From Bacillota bacterium (GTDB lineage: Bacteria > Bacillota > Sulfobacillia > Sulfobacillales > JAIMBI01): a DNA stretch of 64,000 bases. The stretch spans positions 347 to 64,346 of the forward strand of contig JAJZYZ010000010.1 in NCBI GenBank assembly GCA_021797815.1, read 5' to 3'. The position numbers and the translations under genes were made by a program. The notes under the pieces were generated by a model that was given only the letters and a program-made list of their open reading frames with translations, did no database searches and was not told where the DNA came from. Numbering within the stretch: position 1 is the first letter of the stretch; each line of letters begins with the position of its first letter. Below, piece after piece: positions 1 to 9,718 of this stretch.

Positions 1-65
1 AGGAGACGCTGGTCGCCGACCTGCGGTTTCCGCTTGACTATCTTCAGGGGCATCTTGAAGGGGCC

Positions 66-566
66 ATGTCGGTACCGGGCACGCGCTACCACCTGCGCTA
101 CCAGCTGGCCGAACTGGGCCCCGACCGCCCGCTGGTCCTGATTGCGCAGGCACCGGTGGACATCGATCCCCTCATCAAAGAGGCGGAGGCGGCCGGCGCG
201 CAGGTGACCGGCGTACTCACCGGAGCCCCCCGGGGCTGGCAGGCGCGCGGGCTCCCCGTCCTGGCGTGGGCCCCCATGACTGTGGCGGACCTTGCCGCAT
301 GGCGGGAGACAGGCGCGGCCTTGGCGGTGGTGGATGTGTCCGAAGCTGCCGAGCCGGAGCTGAGCGGTTTCCCCGAGGCGGAGCGGATGCCGCTCTCGAC
401 GTGGACGCGAGAAACCGTCGAGACCCTGCAGTCGGGCCCCACGCTCCTGTTGGGCGTGGCCGCGCGGGTGCGCTACGCCGCGGTGCGCCTCTACGAAGCG
501 GGAGCCCGCGAAGTGTACTTCGGCCAGCCCGCAAAACCGAGGACCGACCCTGCCCCTGTCCACTGA
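66..566 (+). CDS. hypothetical protein (no family recognised)
   Basis: 166-aa ATG ORF with the same G/C-ending codon bias as the confirmed genes. Composition is balanced, unlike the Arg/Pro-rich ORFs overlapping it. No nameable motif. Confidence 0.45.
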   Translation: MSVPGTRYHLRYQLAELGPDRPLVLIAQAPVDIDPLIKEAEAAGAQVTGVLTGAPRGWQARGLPVLAWAPMTVADLAAWRETGAALAVVDVSEAAEPELSGFPEAERMPLSTWTRETVETLQSGPTLLLGVAARVRYAAVRLYEAGAREVYFGQPAKPRTDPAPVH

Positions 567-892
567 CCGCGAGTCGGTGGCCCGACGCGGCTATCGTCGC
601 GGCTGAAAAAGGCAGCTTTCACCACCTGCTCCCGCATCCACACCCCAAAGGCCGTCGTCTCTTCGGCCACGGCGGGCGTCCGTGCGGCTCGCCGCACCGG
701 TCATGGCTTCGGGGTTAGGGTCCGGACGCTTGTGGCATAACGGCGCCGGCGACGACCTGCCCCGACCGCGAATCGGCGCCCCCGAGTCCTCGCCGGCTGC
801 CAGGGCACCGGGCTTCTTCACAGCACCGCCAGCAGGTCCGCCACCCGCATCGTTGGCCGGGCGCGACCGCCAGACGACGACGGCAGGTCCCG

Positions 893-922
893 ACAAAAAA
901 CCCCCGAGCCCGAGGCTCGGGG
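893..922 (-). terminator. rho-independent terminator of the rpsU-yqeY unit
   Basis: Perfect 9-bp stem CCCCGAGCC/GGCTCGGGG (902-922) with a 3-nt loop. On the minus strand it is followed by TTTTTTGT (893-900), 26 nt downstream of the yqeY stop. Confidence 0.7.
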
Positions 923-947
923 AGCACCCCGGCGCGTCACCGCCCGC

Positions 948-1394
948 TCAGGGCAGGAGCCGGGCCCGCACCATCTCCGAAACCCGCCGCCCGTCGGCGC
1001 GGCCACGGGTCTTCGGCGTCAAGGCACCCATCACGCGGCCCATGTCGCGCGGTCCCGCAGCGTCGAGCGCCGCCACCGTCTCCTCTACGAGCGCCAGCAA
1101 TTCGGCGTCAGAAAGCTGTGGGGGGAGATATTCCTCCAGGATAGCCATCTCCGCCCGGGCCTTGTCCACCAGATCCGCGCGACCGCCGCGCTCGAAGTCG
1201 GGAATGACTTCTTCGCGCTCCTTCAACTCCTTGGCGATGACGGCCAGGATATCCGCATCATCCAGCGTGGTGCGGCGGCCACGGGTCTCCTGGACCTGTA
1301 CACTCGCCTTCACCTGCCGGATGATGGAGACGCGAAGCGTGTCGTGCTGCCGGAGAGCGGTTTTCAGTTCGGCATCCAGTTGCTCACGGAGCAC
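948..1394 (-). CDS. yqeY: GatB/YqeY domain protein
   Basis: 148 aa: MLREQLDAELKTALRQHD...ILEEYLP. This is the typical YqeY family N-terminus, and the gene sits directly downstream of rpsU as in Bacillus. Confidence 0.9.
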   Translation of the reverse strand: MLREQLDAELKTALRQHDTLRVSIIRQVKASVQVQETRGRRTTLDDADILAVIAKELKEREEVIPDFERGGRADLVDKARAEMAILEEYLPPQLSDAELLALVEETVAALDAAGPRDMGRVMGALTPKTRGRADGRRVSEMVRARLLP

Positions 1395-1453
1395 AGAGTC
1401 CCCCCGTTCCCGGTGTCCGGCGCGCGACGGCTTCGGTTGCCCGGGTTCCTGCG

Positions 1454-1627
1454 TTACTTCTTCTTCTTGCGGGCGGCGTCGGCCTTCTTCTTCTTGCGGA
1501 CGCTCGGCTTTTCATAACGTTCATGCCGGCGCGCCTCCGCCAGCACTCCAGCCTTCTGTATCTGGCGCTTGAATCGGCGGAGGGCGGCGTCGAGGGATTC
1601 GTTCTTTCCCACTTTAATCTCGGACAT
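1454..1627 (-). CDS. rpsU: 30S ribosomal protein S21
   Basis: [29 protein letters not shown]...KKKK. Start moved to the ATG at 1627, which is preceded by GGAGGGGGGG. The ORF-track start at 1651 is upstream of the SD. Confidence 0.95.
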   Translation of the reverse strand: MSEIKVGKNESLDAALRRFKRQIQKAGVLAEARRHERYEKPSVRKKKKADAARKKKK

Positions 1628-1672
1628 CGGGTTCCCCCCCCTCCACCTCACAGGTCGGGCAGATCAAGAACT

Positions 1673-1701
1673 ATTATAGGGACCGCCGGAAAGGGCGTCA
1701 A
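1673..1701 (-). promoter_or_regulatory. sigma-A type promoter for rpsU
   Basis: On the minus strand: TTGACG (1701-1696), 17-nt spacer, TATAAT (1678-1673). It lies about 45 nt upstream of the rpsU start. Confidence 0.6.
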
Positions 1702-1708
1702 AGCGCCC

Positions 1709-2047
1709 TCAGCCAGGCGGCCAGGTCATAGAGCGTCCGCCCAGAAGATGCCAGTGGAGGTGTCCCACCGTCTGCCCGCCATCAGGTCCGACGTTCTGGA
1801 CCAGACGGTACCCGTCACTGAGGCCGCCCTCGCGGCCCAGCTGCCGGGCCACCTGCAGCGCCCGCACGATGTCGGGCCAGTCCTCCTCCGCGGCTTCGGC
1901 CAGGGACGGAACATGGCGGCGGGGCACGACGAGGATGTGGGTGGGGGCGACCGGTCGCAGATCTGAAAACGCCACCACCTGGTCGTCTTCGAAGACTTTG
2001 GAGGCCGGCACGGTGCCGGCCGCTATCTGGCAGAACACGCAGTCCAT
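1709..2047 (-). CDS. HIT (histidine triad) family nucleotide hydrolase
   Basis: 112 aa with N-terminal CVFCQI and the C-terminal histidine triad GHLHWHLLGG. Confidence 0.9.
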   Translation of the reverse strand: MDCVFCQIAAGTVPASKVFEDDQVVAFSDLRPVAPTHILVVPRRHVPSLAEAAEEDWPDIVRALQVARQLGREGGLSDGYRLVQNVGPDGGQTVGHLHWHLLGGRSMTWPPG

Positions 2048-2295
2048 CTCAGTATCACCCGACTACCCTTTCGGGAGAGAGGCGTCTCTTTCCTATCACC
2101 GGGGGCGGTAAAGCTGGTCGCGCGTCGTCTGGCGCTCCTCGCCGAGGCTTTACGCCAGCACCCGCGAGCGGCAGCGGCGCGCTGGAGACCCGGCCGGCGG
2201 CAGGTCTCGCGGGCCCGGCGCTCCAGAAGCTCGTCCCCATCGTACCGTTCCGCGCCCACAATGAGCGCGGCCCAGACTCCCTATCCTGAGGGGTG

Positions 2296-3189
2296 CTAAG
2301 TGCCTTCGGCGTCCCACACAAATGCGATGGCCGTCCAGGCGCCCTCCGTCAGCCGGTCGACCGCGTGGAGACCGGCGCCTCGGGCAAGCTCCCAGATCTC
2401 TGCCTCACGCTCCTGCACGATGCCCGAGAAGATGAGACGCGCTCCCGGGCGGATCCGCGGCAAGAACGCCGGGAGCTCCGACTTCAGGAGGTCAACCGTG
2501 AGGTTGGCGAGGATCCCATCGCGGGGCGGTCCCGACGGAAGCTCCCGGACCGTGCCCACCGTCAGCGCGATGTGCGCCTCATGGCGCTCGAAATTTTCGA
2601 CGGCAACCCGGGCCGCCGTGGAGTCCGGCTCCACGGCCGTCACCTCGGCCCCCATCTTCCAGGCCATGAGCGCCAGAATGCCGGAACCGGTGCCCACGTC
2701 GAGCCATCGCTCGCCGCCGCCGATCATCTTTTCGCCGAGCCGCATCATCATGGCCGTGCTGGGATGGGTGCCCGTGCCAAACGCCATGCCCGGATCGAGC
2801 CGGAGGATGTCCCCTCCCGCCACGCCCTCCGGGTCCGCCTCCCAGGCCGGCACCACCCAAAACCGGACCCCCGGACGGATGGGCCGGTAATACTGGCGCC
2901 ACGAGGACTCCCACTCGGTCTCCGTCCGTCGCTCGTAGCGAAGCCGGCCCCCGTGATCGGCCGCCCAGGCTTCGAGCGTCCGCCGCCGGTCCTCGCCCCG
3001 ACCATCGTCGGGGTAATAGGCCCGTGCGAATACGCCCTCGGGGGAAAACGCCTCGTCGGTAAACGGGGCCCTCACGGGCTCGCCGTCCTCCCATTCCACC
3101 CCCGCAGCCCCGAGCGCGGTGAGGGCGTCCATGGCGTCCGCAAGATGGATGAGGGGCACGTCCAGGGTGGCGGCCCACCAGATGCTCAC
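2296..3189 (-). CDS. prmA: ribosomal protein L11 methyltransferase
   Basis: SAM-binding motif [11 protein letters not shown] plus PrmA-like N- and C-terminal regions. Start set to the GTG at 3189, which overlaps the dnaJ stop as GTGA. The ORF-track start at 3267 lies inside dnaJ. Confidence 0.9.
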   Translation of the reverse strand: MSIWWAATLDVPLIHLADAMDALTALGAAGVEWEDGEPVRAPFTDEAFSPEGVFARAYYPDDGRGEDRRRTLEAWAADHGGRLRYERRTETEWESSWRQYYRPIRPGVRFWVVPAWEADPEGVAGGDILRLDPGMAFGTGTHPSTAMMMRLGEKMIGGGERWLDVGTGSGILALMAWKMGAEVTAVEPDSTAARVAVENFERHEAHIALTVGTVRELPSGPPRDGILANLTVDLLKSELPAFLPRIRPGARLIFSGIVQEREAEIWELARGAGLHAVDRLTEGAWTAIAFVWDAEGT

Positions 3190-4313
3190 GGTCCGAACGC
3201 GTCTTTCACCCGCTGGAAAATCCCTCGGCCTTCTCCGTGCACCTTCTCCCCGCGAAGCTCCGCCCATCGTTTCAACAGGTCATGCTCCTCGGCGCTGAGC
3301 TTCTTCGGCACGTCGACGACCACCCGCACTTTCAGATCCCCGCGGCCTGCCCGCCCCATGCGCGGAAGCCCGACCTCCCGCAGACGGAGCACGCTGTGCG
3401 AGGCGGTGCCGGGCGGCACCTTCACCTGCAGCGGGCCTTCGAGGGCCGTGAGCTCAAGATCCGCGCCCAACACGGCCTGCGCGAAGCCGACTTTCAGATC
3501 GGTCAGCAGATCGGCGCCGTCGCGTTGAAAGACGGGGTGAGGCTTCACATGCACAAACACGATGAGATCGCCCGGGGGGCCTCCGCGTCCGCCGGCCCCA
3601 CCCTGGCCCGCCATGCGAAGCCGCACGCCATCCTCCACCCCTGCCGGAACCTTGACCGCAATGCGCCGCTCGTGATGGATGCTGCCGCGGCCGCCGCAGG
3701 AACCGCAGGGCTTCACGACGATACGCCCGCGCCCCTGGCAGCGGGGGCAGGTGTGGACCTGCACGAACGAGCCGAAGAAACTTTCCCGCATCTGACGCAC
3801 CTGGCCGGCGCCATGGCACTCGGGGCAGGTTTCCAGACCCGCCGCCCCGTCGGCGCCCGAACCCTGACAGGTGGGGCAGGTCTCCTGGCGGCCGATGGTG
3901 ACGGATTTCTCAACCCCGGTCAACACCTCTTCCAAGGTGAGAACCACGTCCGCGCGCAGGTCCGGTCCTCCCTGCGGTCGATCGCGGCGACCCTGACCAC
4001 CGCCGCCGGTAAACATGTCGAAAAGGTCCTCGAAACCACCGAAGCCCTGAAAGTCAAAGCCTCCGAATCCGGGGCCTCCGGCACCGGCCGCGGCTCCCGC
4101 ATGGCCGAACTGGTCGTAGCGCGCCCGCTTTTCAGGATCGCCCAGAACCTCATAGGCCTCGTTGATCTCTTTGAACTGCTCCTCAGCTTCAGGGTTGCCG
4201 GGGTTGGCGTCCGGATGGTACTTGCGGGCAAGCTTGCGGTACGCCTGCTTGATGGCGTCCTGGCCCGCGTCCCGCGGGACGCCGATTACCTCGTAGTAGT
4301 CACGCTGGGCCAC
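3186..4313 (-). CDS. dnaJ: molecular chaperone DnaJ (type I)
   Basis: J-domain DYYEVIGV...KYHPD, a G/F-rich linker, and four CxxCxGxG zinc-finger repeats ([32 protein letters not shown]). Start set to the GTG at 4313 (VAQRDYYEV). Confidence 0.95.
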   Translation of the reverse strand: MAQRDYYEVIGVPRDAGQDAIKQAYRKLARKYHPDANPGNPEAEEQFKEINEAYEVLGDPEKRARYDQFGHAGAAAGAGGPGFGGFDFQGFGGFEDLFDMFTGGGGQGRRDRPQGGPDLRADVVLTLEEVLTGVEKSVTIGRQETCPTCQGSGADGAAGLETCPECHGAGQVRQMRESFFGSFVQVHTCPRCQGRGRIVVKPCGSCGGRGSIHHERRIAVKVPAGVEDGVRLRMAGQGGAGGRGGPPGDLIVFVHVKPHPVFQRDGADLLTDLKVGFAQAVLGADLELTALEGPLQVKVPPGTASHSVLRLREVGLPRMGRAGRGDLKVRVVVDVPKKLSAEEHDLLKRWAELRGEKVHGEGRGIFQRVKDAFGP

Positions 4314-4941
4314 CGCCGTCGCCTCCCTGTTCCGGCTCGCCGCCCGCTTCTGACTCGTCTGCCGCGCCGGTATCCGCTCCCACATCCCCGCCGGAATCCG
4401 CGTCCGATCCCGCCGAGACACGCACCAGGGCGGCCCGGATCACGCGGGAGGATGTCTTGAACCCGGCCTGCAGTTCTTCCAGCACCGTGTCTTCCGGAGC
4501 CGGATCGGGGGTCCGCACGATAGCTTCATGGACATTCGGGTCAAACATCTGCCCGACAGTCGGGATGGTCTCCACCCCCTCCTGCTTCAGCACCTCAAGA
4601 AATCCGCGACGGGTCATCTCGATGCCGGTCCTAAAAGAGGCCGCCTCATGGTCGACGGGCATCGCCTTTAAAGCCCGCTCCAAATTGTCGTAGACAACGA
4701 GAAACCGCGCCAGAAGCTCGCTCGCGACAAGCGAGCGAAACTCCTCTCGTTCCCGGTCCATGCGCCGACGGAAGTTCTCGAAGTCAGCCCGGAGCCGGAG
4801 CAGGCTGTCCCAGCGCTCTTCGGCCAGCGCCTGCCAGTCCTCGGTGGTTTCCCGGGCGGCTTCCGCCTCTGGCGCCGCCGCGTTGTCCGCGCCGGTCGTG
4901 CTCTCCGCCTCGCCCGTCCGTTCCTGCTCCTCTGCCATCAT
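4300..4941 (-). CDS. grpE: nucleotide exchange factor GrpE
   Basis: [13 protein letters not shown] motif and a GrpE C-terminal beta domain. It also carries an unusual acidic/Gly-rich C-terminal tail. ATG at 4941 follows GAGGTGTGGGGGG. Confidence 0.9.
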   Translation of the reverse strand: MMAEEQERTGEAESTTGADNAAAPEAEAARETTEDWQALAEERWDSLLRLRADFENFRRRMDREREEFRSLVASELLARFLVVYDNLERALKAMPVDHEAASFRTGIEMTRRGFLEVLKQEGVETIPTVGQMFDPNVHEAIVRTPDPAPEDTVLEELQAGFKTSSRVIRAALVRVSAGSDADSGGDVGADTGAADESEAGGEPEQGGDGGGPA

Positions 4942-5001
4942 GTGAGCCCCCCACACCTCATTACGTGATCCGTCAAGCTTACCGCGGCTGCCGCCGTCGG
5001 T

Positions 5002-6027
5002 CTAAAGCCAGCTCAAAACCTGTCCCACTTCAACCACCACCTGCTCCAGTACGGCCATCACCCGTCCGTACTCCATGCGTCGGGGGCCGATCACGGCCAC
5101 CTGTCCCAGAACCTGACCCGCCGCGTGGCAGGTGGCCACCACCACCGAGAGATCTGAGAGCTCCGGCACCGGCACCTCGCGTCCGATGCGCACGCTCATC
5201 GCGTCGCCGCCGGCACCTCCCAAGAGGCGATCCACCACCGGTACCTGCTCCAGCAGCTCAACCACTGAGCGGAGACGCTCGACGTCCTGGAACTCCGGCT
5301 GCCGCAGGAGCTTCATCGCGCCAAACAGCACCGGGTCCGATTCCTCCGCAGTACGCACGGAAAGCCACTCCCAGATTTCCTCCAGGATGCGGGCGTGCCG
5401 ATCGAACGAGCGCGCCAGCCGGTCCGCCACATCCTGCAGCGCTACACCCCCGAGGTCGGCCGACACCTCCGCCGCCAGCCGCTCGATGGTCCGCGCGTCG
5501 ACGCCCTCGGGCATGGCCAGCACCCGATTCTCCACCCGGCCGGTGTCGGTGTGGACAACCAGCACCCCGGCATCGACCCCGATGGGGGTAAACGAGAGCC
5601 GGGTGACGCGCGCACGCTCCGCCCGCGGCGTCACGACCAGGGCCGGGTAGCTCGTGGCTTCCGACACAAGCTTGGCGGTTTGATGCAAGAACCACTCGAT
5701 CTCGCGCACTCGCGTGGAAAGGGCCTGCCGAATGTGGGCCAAAGCCGCGTCCGCCATCGGTTCGCGTACGACCAGCCGATCGACGTAATAGCGATAGCCA
5801 CGGTCGGAAGGCACCCGCCCCGCCGACGTATGCGGCTTGTCGAGAAGCCCCTGGTCCTGAAGCGCCGCCAGGTCATTTCGGATGGTGGCCGGTGAAAGGC
5901 CAAAGTCATGCAGCCGCGCAAGCGTCCCCGACGCCACAGGCTCGGCGGTCCGGATATAGTCGTCGATTACGGCCGACAGCACGCGATCCTTGCGGAGCGA
6001 CAGTGCCTCGGCGCCGCGGTCGCCCAT
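5002..6027 (-). CDS. hrcA: heat-inducible transcription repressor HrcA
   Basis: 341 aa. N-terminal winged-helix region LSLRKDRVLSAVIDDYIRTAEPVASGTLA...ATIRNDLAALQDQGLL...HTSAGRVPSDRGYRYYVD. Confidence 0.95.
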   Translation of the reverse strand: MGDRGAEALSLRKDRVLSAVIDDYIRTAEPVASGTLARLHDFGLSPATIRNDLAALQDQGLLDKPHTSAGRVPSDRGYRYYVDRLVVREPMADAALAHIRQALSTRVREIEWFLHQTAKLVSEATSYPALVVTPRAERARVTRLSFTPIGVDAGVLVVHTDTGRVENRVLAMPEGVDARTIERLAAEVSADLGGVALQDVADRLARSFDRHARILEEIWEWLSVRTAEESDPVLFGAMKLLRQPEFQDVERLRSVVELLEQVPVVDRLLGGAGGDAMSVRIGREVPVPELSDLSVVVATCHAAGQVLGQVAVIGPRRMEYGRVMAVLEQVVVEVGQVLSWL

Positions 6028-6083
6028 TTCGCTCGCCCCTTTCGTCGGTGCGCACGGTGCCGGATCCCGTTGTCACTCTCTGG

Positions 6084-6110
6084 TTGGCAGTCTCAAGAGG
6101 AGACTGCCAA
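6084..6110. promoter_or_regulatory. CIRCE-like inverted repeat (HrcA operator variant)
   Basis: TTGGCAGTC-N9-GACTGCCAA. The perfect complementarity actually extends to 11 bp: TTGGCAGTCTC/GAGACTGCCAA. It has the same 9-N9-9 geometry as canonical TTAGCACTC-N9-GAGTGCTAA and lies 57 nt upstream of the hrcA ATG. Confidence 0.7.
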
Positions 6111-6119
6111 TTTGGTTCT

Positions 6120-6148
6120 AACCTACGTCGGGGCCCAGACGTCGTCAA
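6120..6148 (-). promoter_or_regulatory. candidate promoter of the hrcA operon
   Basis: TTGACG (6148-6143), 17-nt spacer, TAGGTT (6125-6120), placed immediately upstream of the CIRCE-like element. The -10 hexamer is weak. Confidence 0.4.
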
Positions 6149-7299
6149 GAAAGCTCTTGCGGACTCTCAGGCAGAAACTCGGGCAAGATCCGGTTCATGA
6201 CCTCGAATCCGCGCGGACTGAGAAAGAGGCGCCCGCGTTCGGCCGCAATCAGCCCGGAGCGTCGGAGCGGCTCAATCACGGACCCGAACCGGCTCTCCAG
6301 CGTCACTCCGAATCGTTGAGAAAAGTTGAGCGCCGCGATCCCGTCAACCTGCCGGAGGCCCAGCCACACAAATTCGCTCATGAGCGCTTCCTGGCCGAGC
6401 GTCTCGCCCGAAAGCTCGGACGGCTGTCCCGCCTCGACGCGTGCCAGATAGCCGGACAGGCTCCGCACGTTCCACGAGCGCCGCCGGCCGTCAAAGCTGT
6501 GGGCCGCCATGCCGAGGCCCACATAGGGATCCTGATTCCAGTAGAGCCGGTTGTGGCGGGAGGTTCGGCCCGGGCGCGCAAAGTTTGACACCTCGTAGCG
6601 GCGGAGGCCCACCGCTTCCGACAATTCGGCCGCCCGATCGGCCATGTCGGCCGTGAGGTCGGGATCCGGCAGTGCGGCGCGTCCGCGGCTCACGTCGCGC
6701 GCCAGGGGAGTGCCCGGCTCCACCTGCAGCTGGTAGAGCGACAGATGCTCCGGCTCCTGATCCAAAAGCGCCTGCACCGTCCGCTCCACGTCGGCAAGTT
6801 CCTGCCCGGGATAGCCGTAGATGGCGTCCAGGTTGACGTTGTCCATTCCGGCAGCCCGCGCCCAGCCAATAGCCTCCACCGCCTGCACGAAATTGTGGGT
6901 CCGGTTCATGGCCTTCAGAATCTGGGTGTCGGCGGCCTGCACCCCGAGCGAGAGCCGGTTCACGCCAGCCTCCCGGTATCCGTGGAGCGTGTCCTCGGTC
7001 ACGGTTCCTGGATTGGCCTCGAGGGTCACCTCAAGGTCGGCCGCCACCGGCGAGAGGTGTTTGATGGCGGAGATGATGCGGGCAATGGCCGCCGGCGGCG
7101 CCAGAGACGGCGTGCCGCCGCCAAAATAGATGGAGACGACGGGACCCGGGCCGGAGGCGCGAGTTTCCCACTCCCGAACCAGGGCGTCGTAATAGCGCGC
7201 GTGCACGGCTTCATCGGTGGTCAGGTGGATGGCAAAGTCACAGTACGCGCACCGGGCTACGCAGAAGGGCACATGCACGTACACCCCCGTCGGGCTCAC
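6145..7299 (-). CDS. hemW: radical SAM heme chaperone HemW / HemN-like oxygen-independent coproporphyrinogen oxidase family
   Basis: Radical-SAM CxxxCxxC motif in [17 protein letters not shown], then GGGTPS. Start set to the GTG at 7299, overlapping the lepA stop as GTGA. Sits in the conserved lepA-hemN position. Confidence 0.85.
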   Translation of the reverse strand: MSPTGVYVHVPFCVARCAYCDFAIHLTTDEAVHARYYDALVREWETRASGPGPVVSIYFGGGTPSLAPPAAIARIISAIKHLSPVAADLEVTLEANPGTVTEDTLHGYREAGVNRLSLGVQAADTQILKAMNRTHNFVQAVEAIGWARAAGMDNVNLDAIYGYPGQELADVERTVQALLDQEPEHLSLYQLQVEPGTPLARDVSRGRAALPDPDLTADMADRAAELSEAVGLRRYEVSNFARPGRTSRHNRLYWNQDPYVGLGMAAHSFDGRRRSWNVRSLSGYLARVEAGQPSELSGETLGQEALMSEFVWLGLRQVDGIAALNFSQRFGVTLESRFGSVIEPLRRSGLIAAERGRLFLSPRGFEVMNRILPEFLPESPQELS

Positions 7300-9101
7300 G
7301 ACGGGCCAAGCTTCAAGATGGCCATGAAGGCCTCTTGCGGGAGTTCCACGTTCCCGACCGACTTCATGCGCCGCTTGCCCTCCCGCTGTTTTTCGAGGAG
7401 CTTGCGCTTGCGGGTGATGTCGCCGCCATAACACTTGGCCAGCACGTCCTTGCGCATGGCGCGGACGGTCTCGCGCGCAATCACGCGGCCGCCGATGGCC
7501 GCCTGCACCGGCACCTCAAACATCTGCCGGGGGATGAGTTCCTTCAACTTTTCCACCAGTGCCCGGCCCCGCACCTCGGCCTTCTGCCGGTGCACAATCA
7601 CGGACAGCGCATCCACCACCTCTCCATTCAAGAGAATGTCGAGGCGCACCAGATCCGACGCCCGGTAGGTGTCGAATGTATAGTCGAAGGAGGCGTAGCC
7701 GCGGGTCCGGCTCTTCAGCTGGTCGAAGAAGTCATACATGATCTCAGACAGCGGCAGTCGATACGTGATGAGGACGCGCAGCGGATCGAGATAGGTCATG
7801 TCCCGATATTCCCCGCGGCGATCCTGGGCCAGATCCATTACGGCCCCGATGTACTCGCTGGGGACAATGATGCTGGCGTCCACAAACGGCTCCTCCAGGG
7901 CCTCGATGCTTCCGGTTGCGGGAAGCCGCGCGGGGTTGTCGACCAGAAGTTCTCCGCCGCCCGGCAGCTTGACGCGGATGGCGACGTTGGGCGCGGTCGT
8001 GATGAGCGAGAGCCCGTACTCGCGCTCGATGCGCTCCTGCACCACCTCCAGGTGCAGGAGCCCCAGGAATCCGGCCCGGAAGCCAAATCCCAGCGCCTCC
8101 GAGGTCTCGGGCTCAAACACCAGCGCGGCATCGTTCAGCTGGAGCTTCTCCAAAGCCTCTTTCAGGCGGCCGTATTCCTGGCTGTCGACCGGATAGAGGC
8201 CCGAGAAGACCATGGGCTGGGCCGGCCGGTATCCCGGCAGCGACGTGGCCGCCGGCCGCTCGGCCCCGGTCACGGTGTCGCCCACTCGGGTCTCGCGCAC
8301 GTCGCGGATGGCGGCCGCGAAATAGCCCACCTCACCCGCCCCGAGTTCTGCGACCGGGGTGAGGGCCGGACGGAAAACGCCCACCTCCTGCACCTGGAAC
8401 TCACCGCCGCCTTGCATGAAGCGGATGCGGTCCGACGCTGAAAGCGTTCCCGAGGCGACGCGCACGTAAACCAGGACGCCTTTGTAGGCGTCGAAACGCG
8501 AATCAAAGATGAGGGCTTGCAGGGGAGCGGCCGCGTCTCCGGACGGTGGCGGGATGCGGTCGACGATCGCGTCCAGGATGGTGTCGATGCCGAGCCCCAG
8601 CTTGGCCGAGACCAGGACCGGCTCGCCTTCGACTCCCACTTCCAGCAGTTCGGCCGCCACCCGCTCCGGCTCCGCACTGGGCAGATCAATCTTATTGATG
8701 ACAGGGATGATGGCCAGGTCATGCTCGAGCGCCAGGTACAGGTTGGCCAGCGTCTGCGCCTCCACACCCTGGGACGCATCCACCACCAGGAGCGCGCCCT
8801 CGCACGCCGCCAGACTCCGCGACACCTCATAGGTGAAGTCTACGTGACCCGGCGTATCGATGAGATTCATGACGTAGGGCTCGCTCTCACCCGGGCGCCG
8901 GTAAGAAAGCCGCACCGCCTGCGCCTTGATGGTGATGCCCCGCTCGCGTTCGAGCTGCATCTGATCCAGCACCTGCGGCGTCATCTCACGCGCGGACAGC
9001 GCGCCCGTGGCCTCCAGGATGCGGTCGGCCAGGGTCGACTTCCCGTGGTCGATATGCGCGATGATGCAAAAGTTGCGAAGGCGGCTTCGATCCGCGGTCA
9101 G
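7296..9101 (-). CDS. lepA: elongation factor 4 (LepA)
   Basis: The ORF-track ORF starts at MTPQVLD, but the same frame stays open upstream. That upstream stretch encodes [39 protein letters not shown], which contains the G1 P-loop. No ATG/GTG/TTG is available there. A CTG at 9101 sits 5 nt after GGAGGGGGAG. Confidence 0.9.
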   Translation of the reverse strand: MTADRSRLRNFCIIAHIDHGKSTLADRILEATGALSAREMTPQVLDQMQLERERGITIKAQAVRLSYRRPGESEPYVMNLIDTPGHVDFTYEVSRSLAACEGALLVVDASQGVEAQTLANLYLALEHDLAIIPVINKIDLPSAEPERVAAELLEVGVEGEPVLVSAKLGLGIDTILDAIVDRIPPPSGDAAAPLQALIFDSRFDAYKGVLVYVRVASGTLSASDRIRFMQGGGEFQVQEVGVFRPALTPVAELGAGEVGYFAAAIRDVRETRVGDTVTGAERPAATSLPGYRPAQPMVFSGLYPVDSQEYGRLKEALEKLQLNDAALVFEPETSEALGFGFRAGFLGLLHLEVVQERIEREYGLSLITTAPNVAIRVKLPGGGELLVDNPARLPATGSIEALEEPFVDASIIVPSEYIGAVMDLAQDRRGEYRDMTYLDPLRVLITYRLPLSEIMYDFFDQLKSRTRGYASFDYTFDTYRASDLVRLDILLNGEVVDALSVIVHRQKAEVRGRALVEKLKELIPRQMFEVPVQAAIGGRVIARETVRAMRKDVLAKCYGGDITRKRKLLEKQREGKRRMKSVGNVELPQEAFMAILKLGPS

Positions 9102-9122
9102 TAGAGCTCCCCCTCCGCGCGA

Positions 9123-9671
9123 TCATAACAAAGCCGGCGGCGATCCCGTGGCGGGCGTCGGTGCCTCGCGCAGATCGAGCCGCAGGCGAAAGAACGGGCG
9201 CCCGTGCTCCTCGCCCCCGCCAATGATCTTGAAACCGGCCCGTTCGTACAGGCGGAGACTCGCCTGGTTGTCGGCATAGATCTGGTGCGCCATCAGCTCC
9301 GGATAGCCCAGCGCGCGCGCCCGTCGGATGAGGAGAGCGAGCACCCGACGGCCGATGCCGCGGCCGCGCCAGGCAGACTCGCCAATGACAATGGGAACGC
9401 CGACCGGGCTCAAAGCGGCATCGCCGACGGCGACAAAGGCGTCTCGGTCCCGCACTTCGACAATGTAGACTTCGCCGCGCGCCGACAGTACCTGGTACAT
9501 GCGGGCGACACGCTCGGGCGTGAATAGCTCGGTGGTCCCCTCCGATCCCCACAGCACCACCTCATCCCGGTACCAGGCCGTGGCGACGGCCACATCATGA
9601 TCGATGTCCAGGAGCCGGAGCCGCACGAGCCCGTCCTCGCTCTCGAGCGTCCTGCCGACCGGTTTCTCCAT
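9123..9671 (-). CDS. GNAT family N-acetyltransferase
   Basis: Acetyl-CoA binding motif WRGRGIGRRVLALLIRRA and a C-terminal YERAGFK. ATG at 9671 is preceded by GGGGGAGG. Confidence 0.8.
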   Translation of the reverse strand: MEKPVGRTLESEDGLVRLRLLDIDHDVAVATAWYRDEVVLWGSEGTTELFTPERVARMYQVLSARGEVYIVEVRDRDAFVAVGDAALSPVGVPIVIGESAWRGRGIGRRVLALLIRRARALGYPELMAHQIYADNQASLRLYERAGFKIIGGGEEHGRPFFRLRLDLREAPTPATGSPPALL

Positions 9672-9718
9672 GCTGACCTCCCCCGATCCCTGTCTCGTCC
9701 CATGGCCGTGAGCCATGC

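Noticed and set aside
591-927. Minus-strand ORFs in the gap between the first hypothetical gene and yqeY
   Set aside because: They lie downstream of the strong rpsU-yqeY terminator. Their translations are Gly/Arg/Ala/Pro-rich, and they have no SD.
682-1572. 296-aa plus-strand ORF
   Set aside because: It is antisense to yqeY and rpsU. It is Ser/Arg/Pro/Ala-rich and crosses a strong minus-strand terminator.
2293-4460. Two 400-aa-class plus-strand ORFs (2293-3528, 3237-4460)
   Set aside because: They are antisense to prmA and dnaJ, both of which carry diagnostic motifs on the minus strand.
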